From: Berkelbacteria bacterium GW2011_GWE1_39_12
Lineage (GTDB): Bacteria > Patescibacteriota > UBA1384 > UBA12157
Direction: 5' to 3'
Assembly (NCBI GenBank): GCA_001029735.1
Contig: CP011213.1
Coordinates: 524,613-588,612, forward strand
DNA length: 64,000 bases
The position numbers and the translations under genes are program-made. The notes beneath the pieces were generated by a model. The model was not told the DNA's origin. It did not search any database and saw only the letters and a program-made list of their open reading frames with translations. Of the stretch, positions 61,944 through 64,000 are shown one piece after another (position 1 is the stretch's first letter; the number at the start of each line of letters is the position of its first letter).

Positions 61944-62706
61944 ACCAAAACTCCAAACCTCTTTTTTGGTCGACTCTTTCCCATAAATGAAGTGGTAGTA
62001 TCTGTTTGGCTTCCGCTGTGCTTGGGATCGGCAGATGATGTTTATTTCTAACAAGGTTTAAGTTTTTTTTTCTTAAATCAAATTCAACGCTAGAAGTTAA
62101 ACTCTCATTGTGGACAATAGCAGTAGTCATTATTTCAGGTATATATCCGAATTTTGCATCAAGCTTTAAAAAATTTAACCACAAATCATAATCCTCACTA
62201 GTAAAAAGATCAAAATCATAACCACTCGACTTTAAATAGATTTCTTTTTTGTAACAAGCGGTAGGATTAAAAATGTAGTTATAGATTCTTTGCAATTTTG
62301 GATTGTGCTCACAGGATGTAAGAATTTCCGATTTGCCATCTCTGATAATTTCCATATCGCCGTATATTACATCTAAAAAAGGCTTTTGACTGATGTATTG
62401 GGATAGAACCTCGAGGCGGTTGATTCTGTTAATATTATCGGAGTCAGCAATAACAATATAATCGCCGCTAGCTTGACGGATGCCAAAGTCACGTGCGGCC
62501 CCTGGTCCAGTATTGCTAACTAATTTCTTATAAATAATTCTTTGATCTTTGAAAGTCTCGACTATTGCCTCAGTTTCGTCAGTACTATGATCGTCAACTA
62601 CGATCAATTCCCAATCGGTGTAAGTCTGATTTATAATTGAATCGATGCTTTGCTTAAGAAAGCCCGCTCTATTTTTAGTTGGCATAATAAACGTAAATTT
62701 ACTCAT
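61936..62706 (-). CDS. Glycosyltransferase family 2
   Basis: IMPTKNR, VVDDHSTD, ADSD and EDYDLWL motifs. Confidence 0.92.
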   Translation of the reverse strand: MSKFTFIMPTKNRAGFLKQSIDSIINQTYTDWELIVVDDHSTDETEAIVETFKDQRIIYKKLVSNTGPGAARDFGIRQASGDYIVIADSDNINRINRLEVLSQYISQKPFLDVIYGDMEIIRDGKSEILTSCEHNPKLQRIYNYIFNPTACYKKEIYLKSSGYDFDLFTSEDYDLWLNFLKLDAKFGYIPEIMTTAIVHNESLTSSVEFDLRKKNLNLVRNKHHLPIPSTAEAKQILPLHLWERVDQKRGLEFWFN

Positions 62707-62753
62707 ATTTTTTCTCTCTTTCTGTTATAATTATACCAGAAAGAATATTTACT

Positions 62754-63608
62754 ATGAAACAACCAAAAATTGGAATCGTTGGATATTTTGGCCACGAAAA
62801 TGCAGGCGATGAAATAATGAAGGATTTGATGCTTGCCGAGTTTCCAAATTCCGTGGCTATGAATCTTGGGAAGCTAGAGAAATGCGATGCCTATATTATC
62901 GCTGGTGGCGATTTGATAACTAAATATCACGGACTCCATCTGCCTGAAATATGGAATTCAGTGACAGACGAACCGTGTTACGCTTTGTCACTTGGCGTTA
63001 AGCCAGGTTGGGAGGTTTTACAGGATCAAGTGATTAACCATTTAAAAAAATTTCGCATCGTCTATGTGCGAGATCAAAAATCTTTTGATGTCTTGTCAAA
63101 ATATAGTACTCTCGACGGCGTGATGCCTGATCTGGTTTTTTTGGCTGATGCAGCTAAGGCTACCGAAAATTATCCGATTTTATTCAATTATACTGATAGA
63201 CCGGAGCTCAATCCCAATGGCCAATTTGAGGATGTTTTAAATTCTGGCGAAGTTTTTCCAATTGCGCTTTCTCCGGATTTTGACACTAATTACTCCAAAA
63301 AAATCGTTGACGCTAAAAAGTTTATTTCGATGGCTAAATCATCAAAGGGTGTGATTGGTACGAGACTGCACTCAGTGGTTATGGCGGTAATAGCTGATGT
63401 TCCGGTTGTAGCCATTACTTATGAAGAAAAAGTTAGAAAATTTTGTGAGCGTTATGATATACCGTGCTTCGAATATGGCCAAAAAAACGGTAAGGAAATT
63501 TTAGAAAGCATGAAAAAAACAAACATTGATTTAGAGTCTGAAAGAACGAAAATTAGAACAGTGATTAACATGATTAAGGAAGACTTATTAAGCAGAGAAT
63601 GGAATTAA
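62754..63608 (+). CDS. Polysaccharide pyruvyl transferase family protein
   Basis: GYFGHENAGDE, VRDQKS, PDLVF and GTRLHS motifs. Confidence 0.88.
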   Translation: MKQPKIGIVGYFGHENAGDEIMKDLMLAEFPNSVAMNLGKLEKCDAYIIAGGDLITKYHGLHLPEIWNSVTDEPCYALSLGVKPGWEVLQDQVINHLKKFRIVYVRDQKSFDVLSKYSTLDGVMPDLVFLADAAKATENYPILFNYTDRPELNPNGQFEDVLNSGEVFPIALSPDFDTNYSKKIVDAKKFISMAKSSKGVIGTRLHSVVMAVIADVPVVAITYEEKVRKFCERYDIPCFEYGQKNGKEILESMKKTNIDLESERTKIRTVINMIKEDLLSREWN

Positions 63609-63633
63609 TTTGATTCAGCCGGACAATAAAAAA

Positions 63634-64000
63634 ATGAAGATTCTTATTCTATCTTCTGAAGTAACGCCACTAATAAAAGCAGGCGGGCTTGGTGATGTGA
63701 CTGGGTCGTTACCTAAAGCGCTGGTTAAACAGTATGACTTAGACATCATCATCATGATTCCGAAGTATAAAAGCTTCGATGATAAAAAAAATCCAAATCA
63801 AAAAATAATCTCAAAATTTGAAATTACCTTGCCAAGCGGCGAAAAATATTTTATTGATGTTTACAAAACTCCTCTACCACAAACTAATATCTCGGTTTAT
63901 ATGATTGACATGCCAAAATTTTTCAACGGTGACGGCGTGTATAGCCATCATCCCGAAATCAATAACATCCAGTGGGTTAATTTTTCGAAAGCCGCATTGG
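63634..64000 (+). CDS. glgA: Glycogen synthase (partial, runs off the window)
   Basis: MKILILSSEVTPLIKAGGLGDVTGSLPKAL (KxGGL motif); not in the ORF track. Confidence 0.9.
   Translation, partial: MKILILSSEVTPLIKAGGLGDVTGSLPKALVKQYDLDIIIMIPKYKSFDDKKNPNQKIISKFEITLPSGEKYFIDVYKTPLPQTNISVYMIDMPKFFNGDGVYSHHPEINNIQWVNFSKAAL

Overview
AT-rich bacterial chromosome segment. Its gene repertoire and style fit a CPR/Patescibacteria genome (inference from the giant FN3 surface protein, cohesin/dockerin proteins, short DnaJ and many orphan monocistronic genes). It contains a 3015-aa surface protein, an L,D-transpeptidase, four tRNAs (including a rare tRNA-Ile with UAU anticodon), ftsH, a cohesin-dockerin trio, murJ, cca, lepA, gpmA and eno. 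Further along are a Ku/LigD NHEJ plus general-stress island, a metal/redox island, a tRNA-Lys-anchored accessory region, a fragmented grpE-dnaK-dnaJ locus, comEC, yebC-ruvC and a sugar/glycogen cluster. The strongest unexplained signal is a dispersed intergenic element in six copies with fixed architecture: AT[G/A], hairpin, GCGGA, AATT-closed hairpin, usually AT[G/A] again. Its stems differ in sequence between copies but stay paired, and two copies sit in duplications of gene ends (lepA 5', galT 3'). Possibly related signals are short CGCCA..TGGCG / CCTGCC-type palindromes inside yebC and grpE and in the T-loops of duplicated tRNA 3' ends, a putative att-delimited cassette array at tRNA-Lys, and a shared acidic N-terminal motif in two orphan proteins. 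All calls were made by eye; no searches were run.
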